A stretch of DNA of 44,772 nt from an uncultured archaeon (GCA_938045545.1 CALIBN010000023.1:1-44772); one strand, 5' to 3'. Numbered from the stretch's first letter, positions 9,200 through 19,529 are shown. The notes: a model not told the origin generated them from the sequence alone. Program-made: numbers and translations.

Positions 9200-10207
9200 A
9201 TGCTCACTGTCATCGTGTCGGGTTTCTTCGGCGACGAGGGGAAGGGGAAGGTCGCCGCCTTCTTAGCGCTTAAGGAGCGTCCGAAGATAACTGTTCGCAC
9301 GGGTTCCGTTAACGCTGGGCATACTGTAGTGTATCGTGGCGTAACTTATAGGCTTAGGCTGGTGCCATGTTCATTCATAGTTCCGGAGACGAGGCTTCTT
9401 ATAGGTGCTGGTGCAAACGTGGATCCTAGGGTTTTCATGGAGGAGGTTGGTTTACTCGGCGTCAAGGGAAGGGTTTTCATTGATGGAAACGCCTCGGTGA
9501 TCGAGGAGAAACATGTTGAGGCTGATAGGAGCAACGGTTTCTTCAGAGAGTTCATAGGAACAACGGGCACAGGTGTTTCTCCAGCGCTGGTTGACAGGGT
9601 TGCCAGAAGAGCCATGCTTGTTAAAGACGTTCCAAGCCTAAAAGATTATGTTACGGATGTGGCTGAGGAGGTTAACTCTGCGTTGGACAGAGGGGAGAAT
9701 GTTCATCTCGAAGGTACTCAAGGCTTCTACCTCAGCCTCTACCATGGGACATATCCCTACGTGACTGGGAGGGACACTACTGCTGCAGCAGTGTGTAGCG
9801 AATGCGGTGTGGGTCCGAAAAAGGTTGACGAGGTGCTTCTCGTTTTGAAGAGCTTCGTGACTAGGGTTGGTAACGGTCCTCTCGAGGGAGAGCTTTCACC
9901 TGAGGAGGCTGAGAGAAGGGGCTTTGTTGAAAGAGGAACTGTAACCGGTAGGCTAAGAAGAGCTGCTCCATTCAATTTTCAGATGGCTAGGCGTGCAGCC
10001 ATTGTGAACAGTGCTACTCAAATAGCTGTTACAAAACTGGATGTCTTGTTTCCAGAGTGCTCCCACGCTAGGAGGAGGGAGGAATTATCGGAGGAGTGCT
10101 TGCGCTTTCTGAGAAAGATCCAGGATGAAACAGGCGTCCCGGTGACGATAGCCAGTACTGGCGCTGAGGCTGAGGACACCGTTTACATTGGTCCAGAAGG
10201 AGTATAA
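9200..10207 (+). CDS. purA: Adenylosuccinate synthetase (short archaeal type)
   Basis: GFFGDEGKGK, NAGHT, EGTQG, GTYPYVT, TRVGNGP, GTVTGRLRR and TKLD motifs. Confidence 0.97.
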   Translation: MLTVIVSGFFGDEGKGKVAAFLALKERPKITVRTGSVNAGHTVVYRGVTYRLRLVPCSFIVPETRLLIGAGANVDPRVFMEEVGLLGVKGRVFIDGNASVIEEKHVEADRSNGFFREFIGTTGTGVSPALVDRVARRAMLVKDVPSLKDYVTDVAEEVNSALDRGENVHLEGTQGFYLSLYHGTYPYVTGRDTTAAAVCSECGVGPKKVDEVLLVLKSFVTRVGNGPLEGELSPEEAERRGFVERGTVTGRLRRAAPFNFQMARRAAIVNSATQIAVTKLDVLFPECSHARRREELSEECLRFLRKIQDETGVPVTIASTGAEAEDTVYIGPEGV

Positions 10208-10256
10208 CTCCAAGGGGGAATAGTAAATAGATTCCTTTTCCACCTCTTGCTTCAGC

Positions 10257-10982
10257 TTACTGCTGGTTTTGCATAACGTTTTGAAGCCTTACTACGAGCG
10301 GGCTGTCAGCGTCGCGCTGCTTATTACTACTGTTGATGGCCCTCAACAGCTCTATGAAGTTACTTACTCTCTGCTGCGTCACTACTTCTGGAGACATCTT
10401 CTGCCTCAAGTTTTTTAGTCTCGCCATTATAGATTCTGTCTCCTTTATTTCTAGAAGAGTTATGTCCAGACTGGTCTCCAGCATTGTTTCAGCAGCCTTA
10501 TAGCTTATCTCATCCACCTCGCCTGTTGAAAGCTGAACCTTGTTTATGGACCTAACCCTCATCAGCGTGTCCAACCTGTTTTTAAGCTCCTCCTGAATCT
10601 TACTGAGCTCTGAAGACAATTCGACAACCTTGTTACTGAGCTCATTCATATCCTTTAGATATGTCCCTTTAAGCTCGTCATATATGTTCGTAGGTATCTG
10701 ATGTTCCTGCCTCAGGTTTTCAAGCGCCTCAAGCCTCCTCCGCGTTATCTCAACGCCTCTTATCAGGCTCTCAGCCTTTATTTTCCAGAAGTTTTTCAGC
10801 AAGACATAGTCTTTCCCAGCCTCCACAGCTTCCCCCTCTACCTTTATGAAGCCTCCATTGGGCGTCATTATGAAGAACTTTGAGGGCATGCCCCTGGGAT
10901 CTATTTCGTAGCCGACTAGGGTTCCTATTTCCCTGTCGTAAACATCCTTAACGGGTAAGCCAAGAATCCTGCTGTTATCCAT
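10257..10982 (-). CDS. CdvA-like protein (PRC-barrel + coiled coil)
   Basis: N-terminal GLPVKDVYDREIG PRC-barrel-like start, RRRLEALENL, GEVDEISYK and C-terminal PLVVRL strand. Confidence 0.8.
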   Translation of the reverse strand: MDNSRILGLPVKDVYDREIGTLVGYEIDPRGMPSKFFIMTPNGGFIKVEGEAVEAGKDYVLLKNFWKIKAESLIRGVEITRRRLEALENLRQEHQIPTNIYDELKGTYLKDMNELSNKVVELSSELSKIQEELKNRLDTLMRVRSINKVQLSTGEVDEISYKAAETMLETSLDITLLEIKETESIMARLKNLRQKMSPEVVTQQRVSNFIELLRAINSSNKQRDADSPLVVRLQNVMQNQQ

Positions 10983-11095
10983 CCCTAATGGTTGTTTATG
11001 GCTGTTTATTTAACATAATTCTAAAAAGGCGTTGACAATACGCCACAATATTTTTGACGTCCTTCCTAATTCTTTAAAGACGGATGGTTTTTCGG

Positions 11096-13306
11096 TTACT
11101 CGCTGAACTCGCCGAGGCTTGTCTGAAAACCCTCTTCCTTAAGCCTCCTCTCCCATTCTTCGCTACGTATCATACCCCCGGCCTCCTTCTTAATGTTTAA
11201 AGCAAGTTTTTGACCAATGCCGGGTATTCTTGAAAGCTCCGCAACGCTTGCGGAGGCTATTTCCGAAACCCTTTTGAAACCATGGTTGTAAAGCCTTCTC
11301 GCCCTAACTCTTCCAACTCCCTCAAGGGATGATGCCAGCTCGACAAGCTCGGGCTTGACGCCATACTCTATTCTTGCCTCAAGCTCGCCGAATCTTTTTA
11401 CAGCGTCGAAATCCTTCACCAGCCTAGCTATTTCCTTCGCCGAGTAGGCTAGCCATTGAGCCGTCTCCTTACACGCGTAAAGATCTCCTGGTTCAACACC
11501 CAGCTTAAGGTATATGTCGTCTTCACTATACTCGTTTATCCACATCCAGAGCGTCGCCGCCGTCTTATAGGTTTCCATCGGGTCAACATCCCCTATGTCC
11601 ACGTAAAGCTCTTCCTCATGCCTGCCTACGAACTCCACCACGAAGCTCTCGGTAGACCCTGTTACGCTGAACTTCGGCCTCATGTCTGGGGATGCGCATA
11701 TGAGGTTTAACCCGCTAACGTCGGTGAAGACACGCGGCTTATTCTTCAAACCGTTGAGGAACATTATTCCGGTTGAGGGGGAGATATAAAGCTCCGATAT
11801 TCTCCTACCCAAGGGCGTCGCCTCGAGAAAACCATTCCTCTCAACTATAAGCCCGTCTTCCATGAGAATTCTAAGCACTCGCTTCACACGGGTTGAAACT
11901 CCCCTCCCCTTCTGGACATGATACAGGGTGTTTCGGAAAACTTCAAGTATGCCTTTAATGTCTGTGGCTATCCTGCTGGCTACGCATGCCAGTATTGCTG
12001 TCGAAAAATATGTTCCTAGGCCGAGTTTAGAGGTTATTTTTTCAGCGGCCGAGTCAACGTATCTCGCGATGAGATAGTCAACATCGTTCTCGTTTCTAGC
12101 GTAGATAACTGCTTCACCATACTTATCGTATTTCGGTCTTCCTGCTCTACCAGCCATCTGCTTATACTCCATAACAGTTATCATGTTGCTTACATGCGTT
12201 TCAGGGTCAAACCTGTTTACTGAGGTTACGCAAACAACTCTTGCAGGAAGATTGACGCCTGCTGCAAGCGTGGGAGTGGCAGTAATAACTTTTAAAAGTC
12301 TTTCTTTGAAGGCCTTCTCAATCGTTCTACGCTGGAATGTTGTCAACCCTGCGTGGTGGAACGCAATCCCTTTTTCAACGACACTCGCAAGGTCATCCCC
12401 GATTATAGTCGACTCGCTGTTCTCCCTTATCTCTGTTGCAAGCTCTCTAAGCCTCTCTCTTTCTCTCTCGGAAAGGTGAAGGTAAGACACTGAGGAGAGT
12501 TTTCTCGCCAAGTATACTGTTTTCTTCCGTGTCTCGACAAAGAAGAGGGCTTGCCCCCCTTCTCTCAGAGAATAGGCGAGCAATACGTGCAAGGGTTCGT
12601 CGAAATCTCCCTCCAGATCAACAATACTGCCATCGTTAAAAATAATTTTCGAATCGTAAAAAACTCCTTCTCTAAGGCTGACGGGTCTCCAGTCTGAGAC
12701 GACACATTTAGCGTCAAGCCATTTAGCAACCTCTTCAGCGTTGGAAACCGTTGCGCTTAAAGCTATGAGTTGTGCTTTAGGAAGAATCCTTCTCGTAAAG
12801 GATACTAGGGTTTCTATTCCCGGGCCACGGTCCTCGGAGTCAACGTAATGGATCTCGTCGAATATTACTAGGTTTACCTCCTCGATCCATCTGGGCCTAT
12901 GCCTGATTATGGAGTCGAACTTCTCGTAGGTTGCAATAATCACATCATAGTCTGCGAGCTCCTCCGCCTTAGAATCATAGTCTCCACTGGCTAGGGTTAC
13001 CCTGATGCCTCCTTTCAAGCCCCTAATCTTCCTGAGAATGTTGAAATCAACGTATTTCTCCCAGGCGATTGCCCTAAGTGGCACGAGGTATACTGTTTTA
13101 CCGCCCTCTTTTTCAAGCTTGTGTATTGCAGCCAGCTGTGCCACCAGCGTTTTGCCAGAGGCTGTGGGCACTGCAAGCAGAAGGTTTTCTCCTTTAAACA
13201 GCCCTGCTTTAACAGCTTGTTCTTGCGGTGGGTAAAGAGTTTTAAAACCAGCTATAAGAAGCTCATCCTTCGCCTCGTTGCTCAGGGGCAGTTCTGCGAG
13301 CTCCAT
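11096..13306 (-). CDS. hel308: Hel308/Hjm SF2 DNA helicase
   Basis: LYPPQ, PTASGKT, DEIH, LSAT, FHHAGL, TPTLAAGVNLPA, QMAGRAGRP, GVGRVRARRLY and a C-terminal HhH. Confidence 0.95.
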   Translation of the reverse strand: MELAELPLSNEAKDELLIAGFKTLYPPQEQAVKAGLFKGENLLLAVPTASGKTLVAQLAAIHKLEKEGGKTVYLVPLRAIAWEKYVDFNILRKIRGLKGGIRVTLASGDYDSKAEELADYDVIIATYEKFDSIIRHRPRWIEEVNLVIFDEIHYVDSEDRGPGIETLVSFTRRILPKAQLIALSATVSNAEEVAKWLDAKCVVSDWRPVSLREGVFYDSKIIFNDGSIVDLEGDFDEPLHVLLAYSLREGGQALFFVETRKKTVYLARKLSSVSYLHLSERERERLRELATEIRENSESTIIGDDLASVVEKGIAFHHAGLTTFQRRTIEKAFKERLLKVITATPTLAAGVNLPARVVCVTSVNRFDPETHVSNMITVMEYKQMAGRAGRPKYDKYGEAVIYARNENDVDYLIARYVDSAAEKITSKLGLGTYFSTAILACVASRIATDIKGILEVFRNTLYHVQKGRGVSTRVKRVLRILMEDGLIVERNGFLEATPLGRRISELYISPSTGIMFLNGLKNKPRVFTDVSGLNLICASPDMRPKFSVTGSTESFVVEFVGRHEEELYVDIGDVDPMETYKTAATLWMWINEYSEDDIYLKLGVEPGDLYACKETAQWLAYSAKEIARLVKDFDAVKRFGELEARIEYGVKPELVELASSLEGVGRVRARRLYNHGFKRVSEIASASVAELSRIPGIGQKLALNIKKEAGGMIRSEEWERRLKEEGFQTSLGEFSE

Positions 13307-13307
13307 C

Positions 13308-15368
13308 TCAACGCCTTATTCTCCTAACGGTATCCTCGTCAGGAAACATGATTACTCCCTGCTCCCTCATCTGCTCTATAAGCTTGTAGAATTCATCGGG
13401 CTCTATCTTCTTGTCTACACACCTTTTTCTAAGCTCGCTTAAGGACGCTTTCCCGATCTCCGCTTCAAGGTTCTCTATCTCCTTTAGAATTATCCGCATC
13501 TTCTCCCACCTGCTTCTAGACCTACCGGTCATAAGGATGTCTATGTCTATTTTTCCTGAGGAGACGTCTAGGCCGGCTGTGCTTAAACTATAGTTCATCA
13601 GCCTTATTGCTGCCTCCGCATCCTCCACGGTGACTTCCTCCCTCAACAGCACCCTGGCCCTTGCAACGCTAAGCCTTATCAGAGACTCCAGGTGCCTCGG
13701 GGTTATGGGTATCGGCGCATTAGCCTCCTGGCTGCTGCTTCTCAACTGTAAGAAAAAGTTTTTAATTCTCTCAGTAGCCTCAGCCGACAGCTTCGGGGTT
13801 ATCTTCTTGCAGTAAGCCAAATATTTTCTCAGCATGCCTGGAGGTATAGTCTGGTCACCGTAATCATAGGTCTCCATGTGAAGCTGCAGAATATGGTCTG
13901 AAAGCCTAGCATCCCCCTCCTTATCCGGCCTGTCTTTTATTATGAAGTAGAGGTCGAACCTTGAAAGCAGCGTTGAAGGAAGGTCAACATTCTCGCTGAA
14001 ATTAAGGCTGTCATCATACCTGCCGTAAACCGGGTTCGCCGCCGCAAGTATTGCTGTCCTCGCATTCAGAGTCGCTACTATTCCTCCCTTGGCAACGCTT
14101 ACTGTTTGCTGCTCCATCGCTTCATGTATTGCAACCCTATCCTCCGCCTTCATTTTCTCAAACTCGTCTATCGCCGCTATTCCCTTGTCGGCGAGCACAA
14201 CGGCTCCTGCTTCAAGCGTGAAGCTTCCAGTCTTGTCCCTTACAACGGCAGCCGTGAGACCTGCTGCTGTAACGCCTCTGCCTGAAGTATATAGTCCTCT
14301 AGGAGCTATCTTCTGAACGTATTTGAGAAGCTGACTTTTAGCAGTCCCAGGGTCTCCTATGAGTAGCAGGTTTATATCTCCCCTTACAGTCACGCCGTCA
14401 GGATAGGTTCTCCTAACCCCGCCTACCATTTGAAGAAGGATTGCCTCCTTAACCTCCTCTAAACCGTAGATCGAAGGGGCTATTGAGCGTATCAGCTTCT
14501 GGTATATCCAAGGGTCTTTACTCATCTCTCTAATCTTCTTCTCCTCCTCTGGGCTAACCGTAACCTCTCCAAGTTCCTGGGTTAAGGCTTCAATATAGTT
14601 GACTTCAATCGACAGGGTGAAAGTACTGTATTGAAGATTCTTCACAGGGTGTCTATCAGGCATGGCTACCACGATACCGGTTATCTGAACCCTGTCGCCC
14701 GGCCTAACCCTGTCTGTCAAGTCTCCCGTCAACCTTAGGCTTATGCTGTGAGGCATGACTCCGGCTGGGAGGTCCTCCGGCTTCTCCTGAACCCTTATCT
14801 CTTGGTAATCTATAAACCTAGACTGGTCTTGAAGCAGCTCGAAGTTTGCAAGCCTACTTGTTCCGCATACTTCGCAGCGAGGTGCTTTCAGGATTATTCC
14901 TGTCTGAGGCTCCTCGTAAACCCTGCTGCACGTCTTACATCGGAAAACGCCTTTAGACAGTATGCTCTTTATCTCAGATATTCTCACTACAACTCCTTCG
15001 AAGCAAACCAGCCTACCCAGTAGGCTTGACTTTATGTCTCTTATCGAGATCCTTTTACCGAGGCCTCTTACCCTAACCGAGACCTCCTGTATTTTAGAAG
15101 CATAATCCTTGTCCAGGCTACTTAGAATAGAAAGGACCACCCTGTTCATTTCCTGCAGGATAGAGGGGTTTTCAACCAGTTCTTCAACCATCTCCCTACT
15201 GTAGGAGAGCATGTCTTGGAAATCTATGACGATGGAGGCCCCCCCTAGGGAGGGTAGGGAAGCTATCTGCTCGTAATACTTTCTCTCACCGTTTTCATCC
15301 CTAAAGTTGCGAATAAAGTCTAGGAAGAGGCTTTCCACAGGTATCTTGGCTTTAACCCCGCTGCTCAT
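13308..15368 (-). CDS. mcm: MCM replicative helicase (no intein)
   Basis: C4 Zn finger, GDPGTAKSQ, IDEFEKM, HEAMEQQ, LLSRFDL and TPRHLESLIR motifs. Confidence 0.98.
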   Translation of the reverse strand: MSSGVKAKIPVESLFLDFIRNFRDENGERKYYEQIASLPSLGGASIVIDFQDMLSYSREMVEELVENPSILQEMNRVVLSILSSLDKDYASKIQEVSVRVRGLGKRISIRDIKSSLLGRLVCFEGVVVRISEIKSILSKGVFRCKTCSRVYEEPQTGIILKAPRCEVCGTSRLANFELLQDQSRFIDYQEIRVQEKPEDLPAGVMPHSISLRLTGDLTDRVRPGDRVQITGIVVAMPDRHPVKNLQYSTFTLSIEVNYIEALTQELGEVTVSPEEEKKIREMSKDPWIYQKLIRSIAPSIYGLEEVKEAILLQMVGGVRRTYPDGVTVRGDINLLLIGDPGTAKSQLLKYVQKIAPRGLYTSGRGVTAAGLTAAVVRDKTGSFTLEAGAVVLADKGIAAIDEFEKMKAEDRVAIHEAMEQQTVSVAKGGIVATLNARTAILAAANPVYGRYDDSLNFSENVDLPSTLLSRFDLYFIIKDRPDKEGDARLSDHILQLHMETYDYGDQTIPPGMLRKYLAYCKKITPKLSAEATERIKNFFLQLRSSSQEANAPIPITPRHLESLIRLSVARARVLLREEVTVEDAEAAIRLMNYSLSTAGLDVSSGKIDIDILMTGRSRSRWEKMRIILKEIENLEAEIGKASLSELRKRCVDKKIEPDEFYKLIEQMREQGVIMFPDEDTVRRIRR

Positions 15369-15909
15369 CCGTATACATTAACCCCCGTCGCCACCCGTTT
15401 AAAGCTTCCCTTAAAAGATTATAGAGGAACTTCTCCTCGGGCTGAAGCCTTTCAAGAATACTGGTAGGAGGCTCCTTTAAAAACACTAGTTTAACTATCT
15501 TCCTGACCCTTATATCTATGATCTCTTGAAGATCGTTTTGAATCATAGTCTTCTTATCATCCTTGTGAGCCTGCACCAGTTTAGCTGCTTTTATGTAGAA
15601 ATAGTCAGGCAGCTTGATGAGCCCCTCCTCGGAGGCTTCAAGCCATCTCATCGCAGCAACGTCTTTCAGCGTTAAAGGCTCCTCTCCAAGCCTCACTAAA
15701 CCCGAGTCCGCCAGTTGGCTTGCTATTCCTCTGGAAACCCTTATTACCCTTCCCCTCTCAATAGGGATCTCCCCCAGTCCCGGCAGTTTCAGGCTTCTCG
15801 AATCGACCTGGGGTATTGCCACAGTTTCCTCCAACTCATACTCGAGCTTTGTCCTCTTTAACTCGCTGCTTATTACCCATTCCAATAACTCTATGCCCAC
15901 GCTGGCCAA
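15352..15909 (-). CDS. gins23: GINS23 subunit
   Basis: Immediately upstream of mcm; LPDYFY, DIRVRKIVKL and LQPEEKFLY motifs. The start is uncertain (TTG 15909 or GTG 15900). Confidence 0.82.
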   Translation of the reverse strand: MASVGIELLEWVISSELKRTKLEYELEETVAIPQVDSRSLKLPGLGEIPIERGRVIRVSRGIASQLADSGLVRLGEEPLTLKDVAAMRWLEASEEGLIKLPDYFYIKAAKLVQAHKDDKKTMIQNDLQEIIDIRVRKIVKLVFLKEPPTSILERLQPEEKFLYNLLREALNGWRRGLMYTDEQRG

Positions 15910-15969
15910 ACCTTGTTTAGCCTTGTAAGCGAAACATTTAACTTTAAACAACCACTATTTCCGCTAACG

Positions 15970-16929
15970 ATGAGCGTAGCTGATCTTCTATGGGTGGAGA
16001 AGTATAGACCTAGGTCTCTCGATGAAATAATCGACAGGGAGGAGGTTGTAAGCAGGTTGAAATCCTTCATTAAAATAGGTAATGTTCCCAACATGCTTTT
16101 CGTAGGTCCTCCAGGTACTGGGAAAACAACTGCGGCACTAGCTCTTGTAAACGACTTGTATCAGGGTTCCGCTTCCGGAAGGTTCTTGGAGCTTAACGCT
16201 TCGGACGAGAGGGGTATAAACACGATAAGAGAGGTAGTTAAGGATTTCGCCAGAAGCCGGCCTTCAACAGGCGTTCCTTTTAAAATACTTATACTCGACG
16301 AAAGTGACAACATGACTCAGGATGCTCAACAGGCACTAAGGAGAATAATGGAGCGGTATGCTTCTGTAACGAGGTTTATCCTTCTGGCGAATTATCAGTG
16401 GGGAATAATTGAACCTATTCAATCTAGATGCGCGGTCTTCCGGTTCCCGCCGTTGAGCCCCACGCATATAAGGGAGGGCTTAATAAGAGTGCTTGAAAAA
16501 GAAGGCGTCTCCTGGTCTGAGGAAGCGTTGGAGGAAATAATTAAGGCTTCAAAAGGAGATATGAGGAAAGCGATAAACATTGCTCAGTCTGCATCAGGCG
16601 GCTCCAAGAGGCTTACCAAAGAGAGTATCCTGCAGGTTGTAGGTGTTTTACATCCCAGGGAAATAAGGGAAATGATTAACGAGGCGCTGAATGGGGATTT
16701 TGTCTCCGCAAGGAAGAGGCTGGCTAAGCTTCTCTACGATGACGGTTTATCGGCAAACGACATTCTTAGAGAAATGAATAATGAGCTGATGTCTGTTGAG
16801 ATGGACGAGAGGAAGAGGCTTCAGGTTGTTAATGCCCTAGGGGAGGCCAATTTCAGAGTGTCGATGGGTGCTGATGCTGAGATACAAATAAGCACTGTAT
16901 TAGCTGCTTTAGTAGCTGACTTGAAATGA
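15970..16929 (+). CDS. rfcS: Replication factor C small subunit
   Basis: WVEKYRP, GPPGTGKT, ELNASDERG, LDESD, AQQALRR and IQSRC. ATG at 15970. Confidence 0.97.
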   Translation: MSVADLLWVEKYRPRSLDEIIDREEVVSRLKSFIKIGNVPNMLFVGPPGTGKTTAALALVNDLYQGSASGRFLELNASDERGINTIREVVKDFARSRPSTGVPFKILILDESDNMTQDAQQALRRIMERYASVTRFILLANYQWGIIEPIQSRCAVFRFPPLSPTHIREGLIRVLEKEGVSWSEEALEEIIKASKGDMRKAINIAQSASGGSKRLTKESILQVVGVLHPREIREMINEALNGDFVSARKRLAKLLYDDGLSANDILREMNNELMSVEMDERKRLQVVNALGEANFRVSMGADAEIQISTVLAALVADLK

Positions 16930-18158
16930 ATGGTTCAAAGCTAAGCTGGGTGGAGAAATATAAGCCGAAGACCTTAGACGAGATAGTTGGCAACGACGCG
17001 GCTAAGAAGGATTTCATAGACTGGCTTCAAAGATGGGATAGGCGAGGCAAGGCTGCTATGCTTCACGGCCCGCCCGGCGTTGGTAAAACCGTGCTTGTTG
17101 AGGTTGCGGCCTCCACGCTCGGCTACAGGCTGATAGAGACGAATGCAAGCGATACTAGGAGGGAGGACTATTTGGAAAACGTCATTAAGCCTGCTGCCTT
17201 CAACAGAAGCCTGTTCAGCAGCAGGCTGATGATTTTTTTCGACGAGATAGACGGTATTTCAAGAGAGGACTCTGGAGCCTTAAATTTCATTCTTGAGCTA
17301 ATAGAATCCTCTAGAGTACCGATAGTTATGGCTGCGAACGACCCTTGGTCTCCAAACCTGTTTAGAATAAGAGATAAGGTATACATGATTCCGATGCACC
17401 GGATAAGGGTGCAAAGCATTGTTAAAAGACTCAGGGATATTTGCAGGAATGAAGGAGTTAGGTGTAAACAGGAGGTTCTCATGCTAATTGCGGAACGCTC
17501 TGAAGGAGATATGAGGGCTGCAATAGAAGACTTGGAGCTCCTTTACTCCTCTCGTGAAGACATGGATCTTGAAGAGGCGGAGAAAATACTGTCCTACAGG
17601 AACGTGGAGAAGAACATTTTCGAAACACTGAGAATGGTTGCGTTCGCCCCAACCTTGGAAAAGGCTTTAACATCATTATCCTCGTCGGAGGAGAAGCCTG
17701 AAGACATTCTCGAATGGGTTTTTGAAAACATTCCTCATGTTTTGCCAAAGCAATCTCTATACCGGTCTTTGAGATATGTTGCTGGAGCAGATGCTCTTTT
17801 TAAACAAATATCTAAAAACTCCCTGTGGAGGATCTTGCCATGCTTCTACCATAAGCTGGCCAGCGCTTTCCTAGTCGCCCCCCAGAAAAATAGAGCTAGC
17901 TTCTCGTTCCCAACCAGGATGAGGGAGAGGTTTAAAAGGTTCCAGCATGAAAAAAACCTCAGGGAACTCGAATCCTTTTTCATGAAGGATCTTCATATGG
18001 GCAGGTCTGCATTCAGGAGAGATTTAATCCCCCTGCTTCGGCTTCTCTCTAAGAATGAGGATTTCAGAAGGAGTATGCTTAACAGGATGGTTGACCAGCA
18101 TTTGAAAGAGCTTTACAGCTCAGTTATTCTTGGAGAGGCTCGCAAGAGGTTTTCTTAA
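16926..18158 (+). CDS. rfcL: Replication factor C large subunit
   Basis: WVEKYKP, GPPGVGKT, NASDTR, FDEIDG, ANDPW and GDMRAAI. ATGA overlap with rfcS. Confidence 0.94.
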   Translation: MNGSKLSWVEKYKPKTLDEIVGNDAAKKDFIDWLQRWDRRGKAAMLHGPPGVGKTVLVEVAASTLGYRLIETNASDTRREDYLENVIKPAAFNRSLFSSRLMIFFDEIDGISREDSGALNFILELIESSRVPIVMAANDPWSPNLFRIRDKVYMIPMHRIRVQSIVKRLRDICRNEGVRCKQEVLMLIAERSEGDMRAAIEDLELLYSSREDMDLEEAEKILSYRNVEKNIFETLRMVAFAPTLEKALTSLSSSEEKPEDILEWVFENIPHVLPKQSLYRSLRYVAGADALFKQISKNSLWRILPCFYHKLASAFLVAPQKNRASFSFPTRMRERFKRFQHEKNLRELESFFMKDLHMGRSAFRRDLIPLLRLLSKNEDFRRSMLNRMVDQHLKELYSSVILGEARKRFS

Positions 18159-18435
18159 CTAGGTTAAGCAACAGGCGAATATTCGGGTTCCCCTGGTTTA
18201 TCGCGTATATTCTGATTCTACCGAAGGACTTTTCCTTCACCAGCCCAATTTCGACCATCCTGCTGACCCTCTTCTTCACAATGCTGTGGTTCAGATTAGT
18301 CTGCCTTATTATTTCAGAAAGACTCATCTCACCGTTTCTCAGCAGTCTCCAGAATATTCTTGACCCACTCGCAGAGCTCGATATCTCCTCCAACAAGCTT
18401 ATAATCTCGTCGCCCAGTTTAGATCCCTCCTCCAA
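18124..18435 (-). CDS. Small winged-helix DNA-binding protein (ArsR-like)
   Basis: MSLSEIIRQTNLNHSIVKKRVSRMVEIGLVKEKSFGRIRIY is a wHTH pattern. Overlaps the 3' end of the cdc6-like gene. Confidence 0.8.
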   Translation of the reverse strand: MEEGSKLGDEIISLLEEISSSASGSRIFWRLLRNGEMSLSEIIRQTNLNHSIVKKRVSRMVEIGLVKEKSFGRIRIYAINQGNPNIRLLLNLVKKTSCEPLQE

Positions 18436-19406
18436 ACTATTCCTGTCCTCCCGCCGTCAAAGCTTGAGACTTTAAAATCCAAAAGCATCTTCTTCTCAAG
18501 CATTTTTATTCTTTTCCAAAGCTGCGAGTATCCTAAAGGCTTAACCCCACTCTCCCTAGCGATACTTCTATATTCTTCAAAAAGATTTTTAAAACGTATG
18601 CTTTGAGCACGTTCTGAAACTATCTTCAGAATCATTCTCTCATGAACATCGCTGAGATTTGCATTCACATATTCTAAAGGATTATCGGCTAGTTTTTTAG
18701 AAACCTTTAAAACATGGTTTTCATCAACACAGTTATTCTTGGAGGCGTCTAAAGCGGCTTTTAGAATTCCTATGGCGAGCCGGGCGTCTCCTCTAAAACC
18801 GGCTATTCTGCTTATGGTGTTTAAAGCCTGCTCATCCACGTAAAAGCCTTCATGCACCCTGAGAAACTCCATAAGTATAGTTCGGATTTCCTCGAAAGTA
18901 TATGGCCTAAAGTATATTGTGTAAACCGGCGGTGGAACCATGCTGATGTCAACCGGAATGCTGTCTGATCTGAAGATCAACAGTATGAAAAATCTCCCCA
19001 TTGGAAAAGCCTCGCCGATCCTTAAAACTGTAGAAACATGTTTATTTTCAGGCGAAAAAATTTCAACGTTATCAATCGCCATGAGAAACCTGTTCTTTAA
19101 AAGGCTGAGTGCCTCCAGTCCAGAGTATCCTCTCAGGCCGCACGCATGTTGAAGGGCGCCGAATAAACCACGGCAACCTGAGGCTTCAGGATCAAGGTAA
19201 ATCTGCTCAAGGTTTTTCCAAGCATATTTAGCATTATTCATAAGCTTCCTTGCAACGGTTGTTTTCCCTGTTCCCGGTCCTCCCCATATTATTACTGTTA
19301 CGGTTAAAGGGTCTTCGCTTTCCATGAACATTCTTAGAAGCATCCATATCTTACCATACTCCTCGGTTCTCAACCGGACTAATTTCCCACCTAAGGGTTC
19401 TTCCAA
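18399..19406 (-). CDS. Divergent Orc1/Cdc6 family protein
   Basis: GGPGTGKT, FRPYTFEEIRTIL, GDARLAI (sensor 2) and a C-terminal wHTH (PLGYSQLWKRIKML...GRTG). Walker B reads IDN. Confidence 0.8.
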   Translation of the reverse strand: MEEPLGGKLVRLRTEEYGKIWMLLRMFMESEDPLTVTVIIWGGPGTGKTTVARKLMNNAKYAWKNLEQIYLDPEASGCRGLFGALQHACGLRGYSGLEALSLLKNRFLMAIDNVEIFSPENKHVSTVLRIGEAFPMGRFFILLIFRSDSIPVDISMVPPPVYTIYFRPYTFEEIRTILMEFLRVHEGFYVDEQALNTISRIAGFRGDARLAIGILKAALDASKNNCVDENHVLKVSKKLADNPLEYVNANLSDVHERMILKIVSERAQSIRFKNLFEEYRSIARESGVKPLGYSQLWKRIKMLEKKMLLDFKVSSFDGGRTGIVWRRDLNWATRL

Positions 19407-19529
19407 GGCCTATACTGGAAACTAATCCTACTATGCTGCTTATTTTGGTTTACGAATGTAAATTGGTGAGGGAGAGAGTAGGGTGAATAAGTAATGTTTT
19501 TAAGGGCCGTCTGGGGTAACGGTTAGTTG

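Noticed and set aside
19407-19430. TACTGGAAAC as a mini-ORB upstream of the cdc6-like gene
   Set aside because: A single imperfect copy without a G-string or partner is insufficient to call an origin.
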